From: Azolla caroliniana
Taxonomy: Eukaryota > Plantae > Polypodiophyta
Length of the DNA: 64,000 bases
Assembly (NCBI GenBank): GCA_043228905.1
Contig: JBHGNT010000020.1
Span: 5,022,001 to 5,086,000, forward strand
Direction: 5' to 3'
Shown here: piece after piece, positions 1 to 12,400 of the stretch
How positions within the stretch are numbered: the first letter of the stretch is position 1
Layout of the letters: each line of letters begins with the position of its first letter
Made by a program: the position numbers and the translations under genes
Notes under the pieces: generated by a model
Told to the model about the DNA's origin: nothing
The model's database searches: none
Seen by the model: the letters and a program-made list of their open reading frames with translations, nothing else

Positions 1-110
1 ACTTGCTGATTGGACATATTAATCAAAGGAGGGAAGTTTGTAGTGTTTCCTGATAGTTTCTACAGAATTTATAAAATGTTTGAGGTATTTTCTCATAATT
101 TCCTATTATT

Positions 111-930
111 TCATGTATGGGAAGAAAATCCATCACATAACTTACTTGTGCTCATAATGTCAGATGGAGGTACAACTTCATATAGCTGACTTGCATTGAT
201 GATGTCAGGTTCAGGTTCTGTTACAGAGGAAGAGGCACTCCTGGCCGATAAATCTTCTTGCAAGTTGTCATGCATACATTTGTGCTCTGGCAGTTTCATC
301 TTTTCATAACTATGCTGCAATTTTTTTCGAATTTTACTATTACATGTCGTCAATTGTTGCATGCTCGAAAACTGGGATTGAGATAATACCAAGAGCTTAT
401 GATGACCTTTGTGTTTTCTGGAATTGAAATTAGTTGACTGGCCAAGGGTATTGATACTCACAAATGTTATGATTGACTTTGGCTTTGTATTTCTACGCTG
501 TCTCTGTGGATAGATTCTAAGTCTTTTGTGACCCCAAGTTGGAAACTCCAACTGCCTTTTTACTATAATACCATGGGGTTGCAGTGTGTCTGGTGCTGCT
601 CTGCCCTTCAATTTATATTGTAACAGCACTTCATCTCTGTAATGACCATTCTCATTCTCATGATCAATATCAATGTTCTTATTGCTGCTTTGATTATCAT
701 AGTCAACATCATTGTTTTCAGTTATATTATCTTTGTATTTGTGAACCATATTACTTAGGGTTACACGATACCCCTTGACTTCTCCACAAACTTCTTTATA
801 TCTTATACGGAATCCTTTATTCATGATGCGATTGGAATGACGAGCCCTGTTCTTCTGATGCTTGGTCTGAAGATTGTCAGGTTCATAGTCTTCATCAGAG
901 AGGTACTTATTATTATAACCTCTAGGCCTC
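111..930 (-). CDS. Putative exon of an unidentified plant gene (weak resemblance to DUF1639-family proteins)
   Basis: The 237-aa ORF 111-824 stays open upstream to ~930 (RPRGYNNKYLSDEDY...). It contains EFPTWGHKRLR, similar to the W-G-x-R/K-K-R-L-R motif of DUF1639 proteins. A candidate upstream exon ends ATG AGG AAT CAA AAG|GTAAAT (ATG at 1089, donor ~1074) in compatible phase. No complete domain is seen. Confidence 0.4.
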
Positions 931-1842
931 TGCTTTCAGAACCCGATATATATTTAGAAAATGAACTAAATTATCTGTAGGTTTGAATTGAAGTTGTGCA
1001 ACTTGTTCTTGTTGAAAGCAGGCCAAGCTGATGAGAATATGTACTAGATTACTTGTGAAATATACAAAATTTACCTTTTGATTCCTCATTTTTAAAGCAT
1101 TGATTTATCAGAGGTGTACAACTTATATGTGGGCCGTATTGATGCCTTTGCTGTTGAAAGAATGCAACCTGTGAAGGAAAATGAACTAAAAGGTTAATTA
1201 AGAATTCAGACGAATATTTAACTCTGTAAGATTCAGTATAGTTTGTCAATCTAGCAGAGCAAGAACATTGTTTGTACAACTGATGTCTGCCACTGAAAGA
1301 AAGCAAGGCAATGTGAAGAATGAACTAGAATTGGGTGATACTTTGCAAATTGTGTAGATTGTGTAATTGATATAGAAAGAAGGCCAAAATAGATGAGGCT
1401 ACGTGCGCTTAAAGGCTTGAATTAAGAGATGTTTCCGAAAAAATAATCAGTCTTAATTTCCTTCTGTTTAAACCTTCATTTTTATAGAGTTAAAACACTG
1501 TTCGTTCTGTACATATGAATGTTCACTAGGGTTAAGTCGTGTATTTAATGACGTTAAGTGTTAAATTTCAGGATGAGAAATAATTCATTTAGAAAGTCCA
1601 AATTTGGAAGGATCAAAGAATACAAAATCATGTCCCAAAAACCCATGGAATAATGACAGGAAAACAGACATGCATATATGTATTTCCCTTAAATCATGGC
1701 AAGAAATTCTGCTTGAGAGCCATTAGAGAGTAGCAAAAATATGCTTTGCTAATTAATGCAGGTAAGAGAACAGCATGTACAGGAGGAACAGAGGAAGATG
1801 AGTTGGGTTGCGTTGGTTCTGGTTGTACATAGTGTGTTTTAG

Positions 1843-1844
<2 letters not shown>

Positions 1845-1883
<39 letters not shown>
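1845..1883. repeat. (GTA/TAC)n microsatellite
   Basis: Direct trinucleotide run. Confidence 0.95.
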
Positions 1884-1884
<1 letters not shown>

Positions 1885-2348
1885 GGCTGTTGTTGAGGAC
1901 ACGGAAAAAGAGGGTTCTTGAGGTGAGCACACTCACACTGCATTAATAAAAGCAAGAAAACACAAACCAGGAGCATAAACAAATTTGTTTGAATTTAGTT
2001 AGAAACGAGGACGGAGGGGAAGCAAAGGTAGGTAGGTAGCAAGCAAGCAAGCTAACCAAACCAAAATGCGTTTAAAAGGTATCGTATCGTATCGAAGCTG
2101 AAAGCACGGGCGGGCGAAACCCAGGAGAGACCCCCCCAAAAAACCAGCAAGCGACACATAAACATAAGAGGAGGGGTAATGATTATGAAATAATAGCACT
2201 AACAATCCTACTCCCTGCCTTCCATGTTCGTTCTTGACATTCTTGATATGTATATACATATGATAACTAGAAAGTTGGGCTGGCTCGCGGTGGTTCCCCA
2301 CTCCAAATCCTAATAATCAAAACACAGACTAATAAGAAGTCCAATTTT

Positions 2349-2422
2349 CTCCTCCTCCTCCTCCTCCTCCTCCTGCTGCTGTAAGTTATCAGCTCGGTCT
2401 CGGTCTCGGTCTCGGTCGGCAG

Positions 2423-2453
<31 letters not shown>

Positions 2454-2620
2454 CAATGTATGTGAGGGTAGTAGGACGTGGGCGAATAAACTGAATTGGA
2501 AGGAAAGGAAGGAAGGGAAGGGAAGGGAAGGGAAGGGAAGGGGAGGAGAGGAGAGGAGAGGAGAGGTGGTGGGGTGGAAGAAGTGAATGAAACACATAAC
2601 ATGACATGACATGACATGAC
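2349..2620 (-). repeat. SSR cluster typical of a plant 5' UTR: (CTC)n, (GA)n, (GGAAG)n, (GAGAG)n, (CATGA)n
   Basis: CT-rich on the minus strand, just downstream of a TATA-like box. Confidence 0.85.
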
Positions 2621-2676
2621 TTTTCCCTTTGAGGAAGGAAGGAAGGACAGAAGGAAAGAGGCGCCTCCCCCTCCAC

Positions 2677-2700
2677 CTATATATTTATTTATATTATATA
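2677..2700 (-). promoter_or_regulatory. Candidate TATA region for the minus-strand gene
   Basis: Minus strand reads TATATAATATAAATAAATATATAGG, followed by a CT-rich leader; acceptor-like ttttattaatgcag at ~1939. Confidence 0.4.
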
Positions 2701-3377
2701 CTTCACAAAGTGCAGTTTTAAGAATATTGTTTGGCTTGTGTTAAAAGTTCCTCCTCTATTCATAGGTTTTGTTGGGTTGATTCATACTCCCTCTCGGTAT
2801 TGCTTTCTTTTGATTTTTATTCCCTGCCATTGTATTATTTCCACTTTCTTGTCACGGTCTTTGTTAGTTGACACCTTGTCAACTTGGCGTAAGCACTATG
2901 CATGCATGTATGCCTTTGATGCGTCTTTCTCATAGTTTAGTAATTACAATGTCATTGAGCAATGGGCTCATCCTCTTGATCATTTTTACGCACAACAATT
3001 GCGCAACAATTGAAATAATCCTTCACCTAAAAGAAAGGGTAAAACAAAACACACTCAACAACAAAAAAACTTTGATGATTATGTTGATAAAACAAGGCTA
3101 AGAAAAAGTGACTGAAATGAAAAACAATTCTTGGCTTCTTCACCTTATATAATTGAACTTATATGAAAGATAAACATCTTCAATAGATGGGTGTATTGTA
3201 TGTAACACAACTCATGTAGACTGTTGCATAACTCTTTTTGAATACCAATGTGAAGTTGTGCTAATGGTAAACATTAAAAGACCATAATATAATGAGATTC
3301 AATTGTCGCCCTTTCTACTTTGACAAAACCAAATGCCCAATTTCATACTAAGTATAATGTTTAAACATTACGTACAC

Positions 3378-3501
3378 CATGGTATATTTTTAGCAATGCT
3401 TAAATATGTTCACAAAGTCATTAGATAAATAATGAATTTTATAAAACATGGTATGTTTTAGCAAAGCTTAAATATGCTCACAAAGTCATTAGATAAATAA
3501 T
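3378..3501. repeat. ~57-bp direct duplication (2 copies)
   Basis: catggtat..tttagcaa.gcttaaatatg.tcacaaagtcattagataaataatg at ~3378 and ~3447. Confidence 0.85.
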
Positions 3502-3813
3502 GCATATATAATAACATAATGCGGGATGAAAAATCATTGATATGCATTGGAAATTGGTTGCCCAAATTTTGATATGTAATGGGCAAGTCTTTTATCCTTG
3601 AATGATGATTATCTCCTTAAATTACATATTTTCTGGTGCGTGTGGTTCTCTTCTCAAGACTAGATCTTGCATGGTTCTCTCTCTTTTTAGCTTTACATAG
3701 AGTAGTGTACATTGTTAGCTTTGTAACCATGGATGTTCATTGTTGCAAAGCTAAAGCACTATTGTTTAAAATGAATACAACACAAACCAATATGAAACAA
3801 TACGTCTGGACGT

Positions 3814-4181
3814 TGTCGTGAAGAAAACCGTTCCCAGGCGCAAACCGTGTATAGTGTGTGTGAATTGGCCCTTATACGTGGGCACACCCCTTGTCGTATA
3901 GTCGATAGGTAGGCACAAAGGTTAAATCCTAGGTAGCAATATTCTATAGGGGAAATCGAGGAGTATCTCTGTCCGAAAGGACAGAGAATTAATGTGATGT
4001 AAACGGGTGAAACGGCCTCCCTCCTTGAGCTATAAAAGAGAGGGAGACGGGGGAGAGAAGAGATTGCGCGCTAGAGGGGACGAAGTGCTGTCGGACTGGG
4101 ACCGAGCTCTTCTTCTCTGTCGTTCTCCATAGCTTCCTTTTGCGCATGTTCTCAGGAGGTTGATCCTGCTCGGTGGAACGT
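3814..4181 (+). mobile_element. 5' part of an LTR (TGTCGTG start), interrupted by a related antisense LTR
   Basis: Starts TGTCGTGAAGAAAA, has a TATA box (gctataaaag ~4029) and is homologous in inverted orientation to 4497-4832. Confidence 0.7.
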
Positions 4182-4832
4182 TGTCGCGTTACTACGCGCG
4201 TGCATGGAGAAACGAGGCGGGACCACCGGGGTCTTGAACCGAAGAGCAGGTGATAGGAGGGGAAAGAGAAAGAGAGAGAGACCACCGGTTACGTATGAGC
4301 AAAGAAACACAGGGACATGGCCCGTCAACGCAGAAAACACGAATGGACAGAGAGACAGAGAGACACAAATGTTTGTATATTAACAAATGACACAAAACAA
4401 CAGAGCACGCGAGTGGTTACAACCGAACAGGCCGGCGAACAGATGCTGATGCCTGCTCGTCTACGCACGAAAGGGGAATAGGATGGAGGTGCTGCCGGAA
4501 GCACACAAGCGTTCCTCGAAGCAGCGCGAGCCTCCCGAAAACCTGCAGAGAAGAGCAGTAGAGAACAAATAGAGGAGAAGCGTTCGGTTACGGTCCGACA
4601 ACACTTCGTCCTCCTCAATGCGCGATCCCTTCTCCCTGCGTCTCCCTCTCCTTTATAGCTTCAAGAAGGGAGCCGTCTCCCTCATTTACTTCCTACCTAC
4701 CGAATCTAACTACCCAGGATATACCTATGTACCTAATTCCCTATTATATACATTAAAGGGCGCGCACGCGTGAAGAGCCGGTTCACGCGCGCTATGCACC
4801 AATTGCGCTAAGGGACGATTTTCTTCACGACA
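4182..4832 (-). mobile_element. 3' LTR of a Gypsy-like element, with polypurine tract (PPT) at 4833-4846
   Basis: Minus strand TGTCGTG...CGCGACA termini, preceded by the PPT taggtgggggcgga; TATA ~4655. Confidence 0.75.
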
Positions 4833-4849
4833 TCCGCCCCCACCTAACC

Positions 4850-5891
4850 GCGCATCCACCGGTATGCGCCAAAATTGGGTTCTGGTTGGAGAAAACCGGT
4901 CCGGGTTCCGGTTCTTCGTCCATCGGTTCGTCCTCCGTTTCAGACTGTTCGTCGTCGCTGTGTTGTCGGTATCCGCTCCCTCGGTTCCCTCGCGGTTGTT
5001 GTCGGTATCCGGTCAGCCTTCCTCGGCGGTTGCCGGTCACCGAATTCCAGGGTTATTTCTTCCTCTGGCGCCGGTGTTACTGAGTCTTCCGACCCCTCGT
5101 CCTCCCGGTCGTTTGGTGTGTCGTGGCTGCTTTTATACTGGGATGCAACGCTTCCGTCGCTTTCCGACTCCGCCTCAAGTGTTGCGAATGCTTCCGAGTC
5201 CCCGTCGCCCGTGGCGAGCGTCTGCAGTATCGTTTCCGCCTCTTGCAGGCTTGTTATGCTACTGCCTTCGTCGGGGATTTGCAGAACCCGGAACTGCAGT
5301 GCTTCTTCTGCGACTCTCCGAAGAGTTTTGGAGAATGACCGATCCCGCCGGATCTCGTCGACGGCTTGCTGCAGGGCTTCCCGTCGTTGCTCGCGTTCGG
5401 TGTATCGTCTCCCTCGTTCGGTGATGTGGTCGTCGTTTGGTCTAGACATCCATCCCCCGGTTGTCCTCTGCACTTTGCAGGAATCGTGGTCGCCAAAATA
5501 GTGTTGTCTGTCTGGCCGGACTAGCCTCAACACAGGTGTCTATCTGACACTTCTCCAAAGGGGTGGTAAGGATTGGATGCTAGGTTACACGCGTAAGATG
5601 ATTACAATTAAGCACAGACGGTAAACAATACGAGATACAGATAAACACGCAATAATTACTATTGTATTACTTCCGTCTAAACACTTTACAAATCATCAGA
5701 TCCTTTTATAGGCATCCGGCAAGGTTACAATCGGTGCGCTTAGGCAACCGACATCCGAATCGGTCCGGATCCGGATCGGTACCAGTGTACCGGATCCGTC
5801 CCTCCGAATAATAATTCTACTATTATTTACTTCCTATTATCCGATCCGATTCCGCCTTCCCACTTGTCCTTGCTCTTCTGACCGGCCAACA
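4850..5891 (-). mobile_element. 5' remnant of a non-chromovirus Gypsy: LTR (~5502-5891), tRNA-Arg-type primer-binding site (PBS; 5486-5495) and gag N-terminus (ATG 5449)
   Basis: LTR homologous to 37288-37700. PBS TGGCGACCAC matches the 3' end of plant tRNA-Arg(TCG). ORF MSRPNDDHITERGRR... follows. Confidence 0.7.
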
Positions 5892-6241
5892 TCGAGGAGC
5901 CGGATCGGTATCCGAAAACCGGAGAACCTGGAATAAGTGTGAACTGGTAGACCATTAAAGGCCTACGGTCTGAGCCTAGTTAGTGTAGAGGCTCATTTAT
6001 GAGCATCCAAGTACTTATGGTACTTGTGTAAGTCCGTGTAAGGACTTGTATAAAAGTGCTCTCTGAGCACATTCTATGTACAAAGTATTATTTTTTGAAA
6101 TTAAGTATGGTTCTGTTCTCTCTCTCTCTCTCTCTCGCATATGTGTTAAGGTTTCCATTAAACCTTCATTTTTGCTTTCTTTTGTTTTTTTGTTATTCGG
6201 CAGAGCCGGTTTGTCTACACTTCCGCACACTATCATTTTCA
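5892..6241 (+). mobile_element. Truncated Copia LTR (family of 16184-16580, 26101-26469 and 59334-59783)
   Basis: Shared motif cttgtataaaagtgctc.ctgagcaca...; ends in CA at 6241. Confidence 0.7.
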
Positions 6242-7378
6242 GGGTTAAATGAGAGTGTAAAGAAGGGAAGGATTACTTTTACTCCTTGGGATTGAGACAA
6301 CCCATTAAGGAAAAGTGTGAACTTGTTTGGGGGCCTTAGGTCTGGGTACAAATATGAGGCCTAGCTACCCTCATTGGGTGCACATCATTCGACTACGTTG
6401 AGAATTTGCTAAAGTGGTGATCAAACTCTTGTAAACGAGCACGCTATACTAGGTACACTCAATGGCATGACGGTGGTATGGGACGCCGATCGAGGTTCGA
6501 GTTCGTCTCAATCCCTTCGCTCGGGGCTGGTCGGGTGGATCAACACCCTTATTTCTCTCTCTCCTTACTTTTCTAACTACTTATTTTATACTTATCATAT
6601 GCTTACATTAGGATCTAGCTCTAATAGTGAGACCAAGGAAAGCGAGACAATACAAAGTTGGTTCTAGGCCTAATGACCGCCAGAATCTAAAAGGGTGCAA
6701 TCCCTTTATAAAAGAATTATAAAATTCACTTTTGTGCCTTTTTAGCTCTTCTTCTTGAATTTGGACTTTGCTTCTTCTTGTAATCTAAGCTAGAGCTCTC
6801 TTCCCCTCTTTTTCTAATACTTTTGAGTGATTATAGTTAAGTGCTATTTAGCCAAACACTAATCCTTGTCCCCCCTTGTATATGTGTTGAGCGTGGCTTG
6901 AAGCATAATTAGTCTTGTTACTTGTGATCTATTTTCTTGTTTATGTGTGTTTTTGAAGGCATACATAAGGCGTTAGTGAGCTTCTTAGTCATATTAGTGC
7001 TTTCAAGAGATGTGAGTGAGACATTGCGATATTAAGGTAATCGAGGTAAGCTTCTCAAGAGTGATTGAGAACCACTCTTGCTTGGCTCACCATCAATAGA
7101 TTATACAATGGTTCAGATCTCTTAACATACAATATTAGTATGGATTCAAAACTCTGCTAAGGATTTCCAAGAACGATGATTGAAGTTGTCGGTAAGCTTA
7201 CTAGGCAATGTTTTCCTTTCTAGAACTAAGGGACAATGAGGTTGTAAGGGAATAAGATAGAGGTATCCTTAGTGGAGTGAATAACATGTTTGTTTGTATT
7301 TATTTAGTGTTTGTTGTTGCTTATTCTTTCTTATTTTGGTTGCTCGGGTGATTTATCCATTAAGAAATTTCTCTATAT

Positions 7379-7467
<89 letters not shown>

Positions 7468-7491
7468 TACATACATACATACATACATACA

Positions 7492-7564
<73 letters not shown>

Positions 7565-8715
7565 ATATATATTTGTTTCCTTAATTTCTCTTGTTTTTGA
7601 CTAACTTTATAGGTTGAAATTTTTATTTTTATTAGCATGTGAGTTCAGGCTTTTCTCCTAAAAAAGTACCTAAAACTCTTAACAAGAATGAAAGCCAAGT
7701 ATGTTAGTCCTCAATTCCGTTTTTGGCTCCATTCACAACCTTCATGACATTTTGTGATAAACATTTGTGAACCCATCACACAAAAACATTTATGGGATAA
7801 CAATTTCTGAACATCACACATGGGCATTCCAAGAACACGTCACAAGATAGCAATTTGTAAACAAATCATGCAAAAATATTGAGCGAATTCATTAGGCAAG
7901 AACTTTTATTTATGAATGATAGTAGCAAAAATGTTCAAAGTAATAAGTGATTTATGACATTGTAATGCAAGTCAAATAGATTACATAGATTTATGAGCCC
8001 CTAATAGATGTGACAATAATACTCTCATTTGGGCTCACTTTGGATGTAATACAAGTTCAAATCTGACCAAGACCAAACAACATTATTGATACATACGACA
8101 CTAAACCATGTTTAGACTTTAGGGCTAAGTGCACTTCAAAAGGTCCTCGCTATAGGAATTAAAGAGCCAAAACCACATGGGTGGGCACTTAGACTATTTT
8201 TTCGTGTATAAACGATCCATGAGGCTAAGAAACATGGTTGAGCTTTTGGGAACCACCATGAAAAAATGAAATAGAGATCAAGGAAAGAAATTTTCTTTTC
8301 ACCTCATGGTTTTTAATACACCTTTGTGTGATTACAATTACTTGATCTTGAACCTCATATAATATTTCTAGAGAGGTACTAACGTGAGATCATGATATCG
8401 ATTAATGTTTATTGATGATATGTTTACATCAAGATATCATGTTATGCCTATTTGTTTGATCCTATCCTATCTCTTTCTTAGAAATCATCTTTATGGCTCA
8501 TAATAATGACCACCCGATGACATCCTCTGAAGCAGAGTTGATTCATGGAACAACTCTTGGAGCAATCCCAATTGAGTCGTATTTTTAATAAATACAAAAT
8601 TTCCTTAATTCCAGCTTAAATGAAATTTCTAAAGTTCGGCAATCTCATGGAGCTCTTGAAGCACGTGTCATTGGTATGCAAAGAGATACTAATAGACAAT
8701 ATGAACGTAACACAT
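6242..8715 (+). mobile_element. Degenerate 5' part of a chromovirus related to 44090-51101 (LTR part, long leader, gag start at ~8493)
   Basis: 6242-6560 aligns to the reverse complement of 44160-44470. 8070-8530 aligns to the reverse complement of 48930-49400. gag start MAHNNDHPMTSSEAE vs MAQINDPMSSAQAE. Confidence 0.8.
7380..7571. repeat. Compound microsatellite (CA)n(TACA)n(TA)n(TGTA)n
   Basis: Direct reading. Confidence 0.97.
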
Positions 8716-9437
8716 TGTCGTGAAATAGGAAGACTTCATAATGAAAATTCACAAAAATATAAATACATAACGAAAATAATATGAATCTTTATAGTGTTTA
8801 GGCCATATTTGTGATATACATAGAGGTCATATTAACAAAGCACTATGATAATATTATATTATATGAAGAGGTGAATGAAACAGAAAAGATATTACATGGA
8901 CGAAAGAGGATTTAAACATACAACCTCCACCTTATGAACCTCGAAGCTTACAATATACCACACATGTAAGAGCATCCCTTTACCATAAAAGGAGAAGGAA
9001 GTGTCCTTACAAGGGATATGTTGGAGTATTGTTGTCAAGATGAAGATATACAACACACAACTATGTATGAGTAAGAAAACAAGATTTGATGAATGTAATA
9101 CAAAATGAACATAAAGATTGACAGAGGCAACTCAAGATTACATGAGAGAGAAAGACACAGAACCACACAAAGTTAACTATATATTATTTAAAAGTAAGTT
9201 ACAAAGAAATGGCGGCATCATCATACAAACTAGGTGTCCATGCCATGTTCGTGACATTTAGGTTATAAGTTGGTTATATGCTAACCAAGCTAGGGCAACC
9301 GCCCTTTGTGCTAATTACAAATATAGCCTAATCTTGTTTGTCCAATGGAGTAATGTGAATATGTCCATTATATTCCTGTATTCGACATTCCCCCGCAATG
9401 GGTGTATACAAAAGAATTCATAACAAATAAAAGGAAC

Positions 9438-12400
9438 TGTTGAGAATCAAGCTCAACTTGGTCTAGTGTGTGAACTCACCTTGAGAGTGAATAGACACTC
9501 CAACGGTCAAGAGTCACCATTATGTCACCTCTTTGTATTCTAGCATTTAGTATGAGTCATAGAATCATATTCTAGCACGCATAACTTATGAGTTTTCACA
9601 TTCCCCATGCTCCATGAGTCTTGTAGTTAATGAAGAGAGAGGGTAACTATATAAAGCACCCTCCTCCCACCTTGTATTTTGTTGAGTCTTTCTCCTTTGT
9701 TAATATACTTTACCTTGCGTATTCTCTATGTCTTACTCCTCATCTCTCTCTCTCTCTCATACATACACACAGTTCACACCTATTCCGCTACACAAGAATC
9801 ATACCCGATTATTTACATGGTATTAGAGCGATTTGGTAGCTCCATCTAGCCCATTCACATATGTTGAGCTCTACGCCGACGTTCAAGAAGAACCGGCTCA
9901 ACGCTATTGTAGCTTCGCTACATAGCTCGCATTCGAAGAGAGAAGAAGAAGAAGAAGAATCAACATAATGAATACTCAAATGGGGAGCGCTCTCCCTACC
10001 GAGAAGTTGGATCGAAACAACTTCGCATCTTGGGAGTACAAGATGCACCAATACCTTGTCGGACGAGGCTATTGGAGCTACATCAAAGGAGAGCACGAAG
10101 ACTGACCCGCCGAAGCGGCTCCCGGATACGCGACATGGGAGCAAGCCGCAAGCCACGTGATGTATTTCTTAGCAACATGTGTTCACGATCACATGCTCGA
10201 CTACATTCGGGAAGCCAAGGTGCCGAAGGAGGCATGGGAAAATCTACGAAAGATTTTAGCGGCGAACACAACCGCAAGAAGGCTTCAACTCCGCCAAGAA
10301 TTGAACAACATTCAACAAAGGGACATGTCCATCATGACATACACCTCGAAGATCACGGAGCTTTGCGACTCGCTCGGCTCGCTAAGAGTAAATATTGATG
10401 ATGATGAGATGGTGCAAATATGCCTCGGTGGGCTCGCACCACGGTTCGGCGCAATGCGAACCACCGTTCTAGCACGAGAGAAATCTCCCTCCTTCTTCGA
10501 GCTCCAATCAATGCTATTGGTTGAAGAAAACCACGTGCGTACAAGGAGCAATGAGTTGGAAGGCCACATGCTCTACACGCACTCGAACGGAGAAAGAGGA
10601 CGCGAACGAGCGAGAGGCTGATTCGGCCAAGGACAAGGCAGACGAGGTCTAACCTACGACAACAACTCCCAATTTTGGCCGCAAAACAGAAGCCAACGAG
10701 GAACCTTCGCAAGATGGGGGAGCTTCCACTCCGGCCTGAGTCGTCAAAACGCAACCGAATGCGGATATTGCGGAAAGCTCGGCCACCATGAAGAAGAGTG
10801 TCGAAAGAAGATGCGCGAATCGGCTTCCACAACCCGACAACTCACGAATTACACACACAATTCCGACTGCGAAGAGTATAGTGGAATATACGGGCACAAC
10901 TCTGACTACGAAGATCGTGGCGGAATGTTCATGATGAAACATAGAGCAAACTCTATGTCGGCCTCTACCTCAACTAGTGCCCTCAATCCGGAGGACGTAT
11001 GGTTTGTTGACTCCAAAGCCTCAAACCATATGTCATCTCATCAAGAATGGTTTCTTGAACTTCGAGAGCCGGAGCGACCCGGTTATGTCGAAACCGGAGA
11101 TGATAGTACGCACCCGATTCGGCACATCGGCAATGTTCCATTCGGCGAAAGAGGTAAGCAAACATACATTTAAAATGTCTTGCATGTTCCTACCATCACG
11201 AAGAATTTGATCTCGGTCGGCCAAATGGTTGAGCAAGGGATGCAAGTACGATTCGACCAAGAAGGGTGCTTCATCGAAAAAGAGGGCCGAATCATCGCGC
11301 GCGGAAGAAGAGAGGGCCGGATGTTCATTCTCGATTCACACGAGATGAAATCTGCCATGTTCGCAAAAAGCACGAAAGCCGACTCCGACATAGAGTTATG
11401 GCACAAGCGAATCGGCCACATCAATCTCAACAAACTCAAAGCAATGAAATCCAAAGGAGTCGTCATCGGACTCCCGACATTCAAAGAGAAGGAGATTGAA
11501 GGTGTATGCGAAGCGTGCCAATTCGGCAAGCAACACCGACACCCATTCCCGAAAGAGTGGAACGTGAGCAAAGGTCTACTCGACGTAGTCCACTCCGACG
11601 TATGGGGTTCGGCTCAGACAACGACCTTTGGCGGAAGCCGATACTACGTGACCTTCATCGACGACTTCTCTAGGCACTCTTGGATCTATCCGATGCGGCA
11701 AAAGAGCGAAGTGTTCGGACACTTCCAAAAATTCAAGAATGAAGTCGAGAAAGCCATGAGCCGTCATGTACAATGCCTTCGATCGGATGGCGGAAATGAG
11801 TACTTCTCAGACGATTTCACGGCGTATCTCCGAAAGGAAGGAATTCGGCAAGAATTCACTTGCCGACACACTCCGCAACAAAACGGAGTAGCCGAGCGCA
11901 AAAATCGGCACATCGTCGAAGTAGCGCGGGCCATGATGAACAAGAAGCATATGCCCAAGTCATATTGGGCTGAAGCTACAAATATGACCGTCTACCTAAT
12001 GAGCCAGTGCACAACATCCGGAGTGCACGAGATTGCTCTGCACGAAAAATAGTTTGGAAAGAAGCCGGACTTATCGCACACCTGGATATTCGGCACAATA
12101 GCGTACGTGCACATCCCCGACAAGAAGCATCAAAAGCTTGACCCGAAGTCGGAGAAATGTATCCTCGTAGGATACTCACTGGAGCAAAAGGGGTACAAGT
12201 GCTACAACCCCTCAACTTGAAAATCTCGAGTAAGTCAAGATGTCATTTTTGACGAGTCCGCATCCTGGTACGCACCAGAGACAACTTCGACTCCGACTCC
12301 GCTCGACCCGGAATCTGCCAAACAAGAGATAGAGGATGAAGATTGCCTTACGCGTATGTTCGAAGATAGCCCGATTACCACAAGGCTAAGTGGGCCACAG

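Noticed and set aside
7294-7638. ORFs with HT/YI/CV repeats (also 2267-2676)
   Set aside because: Translations of microsatellites.
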